Source of the DNA: an uncultured Clostridia bacterium
Lineage (GTDB): Bacteria > Bacillota > Clostridia > Oscillospirales > Acutalibacteraceae
Assembly: GCA_946626015.1 (NCBI GenBank)
Contig: CAMOTT010000001.1
Coordinates: 1-34,697 of the forward strand
Direction: 5' to 3'
Length of the DNA: 34,697 nucleotides
Below the pieces are notes generated by a model. That model saw only the letters and a list, made by a program, of their open reading frames with translations. It did no database searches and had not been told where the DNA came from. The position numbers and the translations under genes are program-made. Positions 33,512-34,697 of the stretch are shown here, piece by piece; position 1 is the first letter of the stretch; each line of letters opens with the position of its first letter.

Positions 33512-34465
33512 ATGGATAAGATAGCGGTTTTGATCCCATGTTACAACGAGGAAAAAACCATCGGGAAAGTGGTAAGCGATTACCGGCATTATCTTCCCGA
33601 CGCGACCATTTATGTGTACGACAACAATTCAAAGGATCTGACCGCAAAGGTCGCGGAAGAAGCCGGAGCGATCGTCAGATATGAGCATATGCAGGGCAAG
33701 GGCAACGTCATTCGCAGGATGTTCAATGAGATCGACGCGCAGTGCTATCTGATGATCGACGGAGACGACACCTATCCTGCGGAGAATTCTCCCGAAATGG
33801 TGAAATGCGTGTTGGAAGAACAGGTGGATATGGTCATTGGTGACAGGCTGTCGTCAACGTATTTTACCGAAAACAAAAGGCCGTTTCACAATTTTGGTAA
33901 CTCGATAGTCCGTCTTTTGATAAACACTTTTTTCAAATCCAACGTAAAAGATATCATGACCGGATACAGGGCGTTCAGCTACAGGTTTGTAAAGACTTTT
34001 CCCGTGTTGTCCAAGGGCTTTGAAATAGAAACTGAAATGACCATCCACGCCATTGACAAAAATATGTCGATGAAAAATGTTGTGGTAAATTATCGCGACA
34101 GACCCGACGGCAGCGAATCCAAGCTGAACACCTACTCGGACGGAATAAAGGTTTTGAGAGAAATAATAAAACTTTACAGGAACTACAAGCCGGCGGTGTT
34201 TTTCAGCTTGATAGCCGTACTGCTGGCGCTTGTTTCCACCGCGTTTCTCATACCGGTTCTGATCGCTTATTTTAAGACGGGGCTTGTTGAACGGTTCCCC
34301 ACGCTGATAGTCTGCTGCTTTGTTTATGTGGCGGCGCTGCTCTCATTCTTTTGCGGCAGGATACTGTCCTGTATCGTACAAAAAAACAAACAGGATTTTG
34401 AGATATGTCTTCGCACGGCAACGGATAAATATAAAAGTCTGATGAACGGTTCCGAAGACAAATAA
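33512..34465 (+). CDS. GtrB/CsbB-like GT2 polyprenyl-phosphate glycosyltransferase
   Basis: GT-A motifs IPCYNEEKTI, YDNNSKD and IDGDDTY (DxD), plus two C-terminal TM helices (VFFSLIAVLLALVSTAFLIPVLI and LIVCCFVYVAALLSFFCGRIL) as in GtrB/DPM1-type enzymes. ATG 33512 has GAGGGTG 5 nt upstream. Confidence 0.8.
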   Translation: MDKIAVLIPCYNEEKTIGKVVSDYRHYLPDATIYVYDNNSKDLTAKVAEEAGAIVRYEHMQGKGNVIRRMFNEIDAQCYLMIDGDDTYPAENSPEMVKCVLEEQVDMVIGDRLSSTYFTENKRPFHNFGNSIVRLLINTFFKSNVKDIMTGYRAFSYRFVKTFPVLSKGFEIETEMTIHAIDKNMSMKNVVVNYRDRPDGSESKLNTYSDGIKVLREIIKLYRNYKPAVFFSLIAVLLALVSTAFLIPVLIAYFKTGLVERFPTLIVCCFVYVAALLSFFCGRILSCIVQKNKQDFEICLRTATDKYKSLMNGSEDK

Positions 34466-34481
34466 CAAAATAAAAAACGAT

Positions 34482-34527
34482 CACGGCCGAGTCGGGAACA
34501 TCTCCCTGCTCAGCCGTGTTTTTTTTG
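34482..34527. terminator. Bidirectional intrinsic terminator between the convergent GT2 and asnS genes
   Basis: CACGGCCGAG...CTCAGCCGTG: a 10-bp stem with one mismatch, flanked by an A-rich tract upstream (AAAATAAAAAACGA) and T8 downstream (34519-34526). Confidence 0.8.
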
Positions 34528-34530
34528 ATT

Positions 34531-34697
34531 TTAAAAATCCGCAGAGCCGGTGGTTCTGGGGAAGGGGAGCACGTCCCGGATATTTGAAATGCCCGTCAGG
34601 TACATTACCATCCTCTCAAAGCCAAGGCCGAAGCCGCAGTGCTTCGTGCCGCCGTAACGGCGGAGGGCAAGATACCACCAGGAGGCGTCCTCGTCCA
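34531..34697 (-). CDS. asnS: Asparagine--tRNA ligase, C-terminal fragment (truncated by the window edge)
   Basis: Not in the ORF track. The reverse-strand translation [54 protein letters not shown] matches the class IIb motif 3 and the characteristic AsnRS C-terminus (...GFGLGFER...IRDV-PFPRT...F). Stop TAA at 34531-34533. Confidence 0.85.
   Translation of the reverse strand, partial: DEDASWWYLALRRYGGTKHCGFGLGFERMVMYLTGISNIRDVLPFPRTTGSADF

Overview
This 34.7-kb window looks like chromosome from a Gram-positive anaerobe, probably Clostridia. The taxon is inferred from GGAGG-type ribosome-binding sites, sigma-A TTGACA/TATAAT promoters, a sortase sorting signal, TmcAL and an EF-G paralog; no taxon can be proven from the sequence alone.

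Layout:
- 21-2333 (-): small operon of secreted protein, Fe-alcohol dehydrogenase and lipoprotein.
- 2493-19036: a ~16.5-kb Wzx/Wzy-type heteropolysaccharide (EPS/CPS) locus, mostly on the minus strand. It holds a WbaP-like initiating phosphotransferase, two tandem Wzz-like co-polymerase paralogs, a membrane-anchored metallophosphoesterase, an O-acetyltransferase, a pyruvyl transferase, three glycosyltransferases, a Wzy-like polymerase and a Wzx flippase. A TagF-like glycerophosphotransferase is embedded in the opposite orientation, and a divergent FrhB-like Fe-S protein sits at the edge.
- 19313-25236 (+): housekeeping operon of YihX-like HAD phosphatase, mfd, phosphoglucomutase and a 31-aa membrane peptide.
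- 25373-25932: a non-coding island packed with GC-rich GGGAG/CTCCC hairpin modules.
- 26004-30285 (-): a small sortase-anchored surface protein, a stand-alone EF-G paralog and tmcAL.
- 30459-34465 (+): an MFS transporter, then a low-GC pair of a GT-C-like membrane protein and a GtrB-like GT2.
- 34531-34697 (-): the 3' end of asnS.

The most unusual feature is the second Wzz-like protein. It carries a C-terminal cytoplasmic GGDEF-fold domain whose signature is degenerate (NGAGQF). This is the position where PCP-2a proteins carry a tyrosine-kinase domain, and the locus encodes no BY-kinase, no CpsB-type phosphatase and no LCP protein. No transposase, integrase, CRISPR array, tRNA or rRNA was seen.
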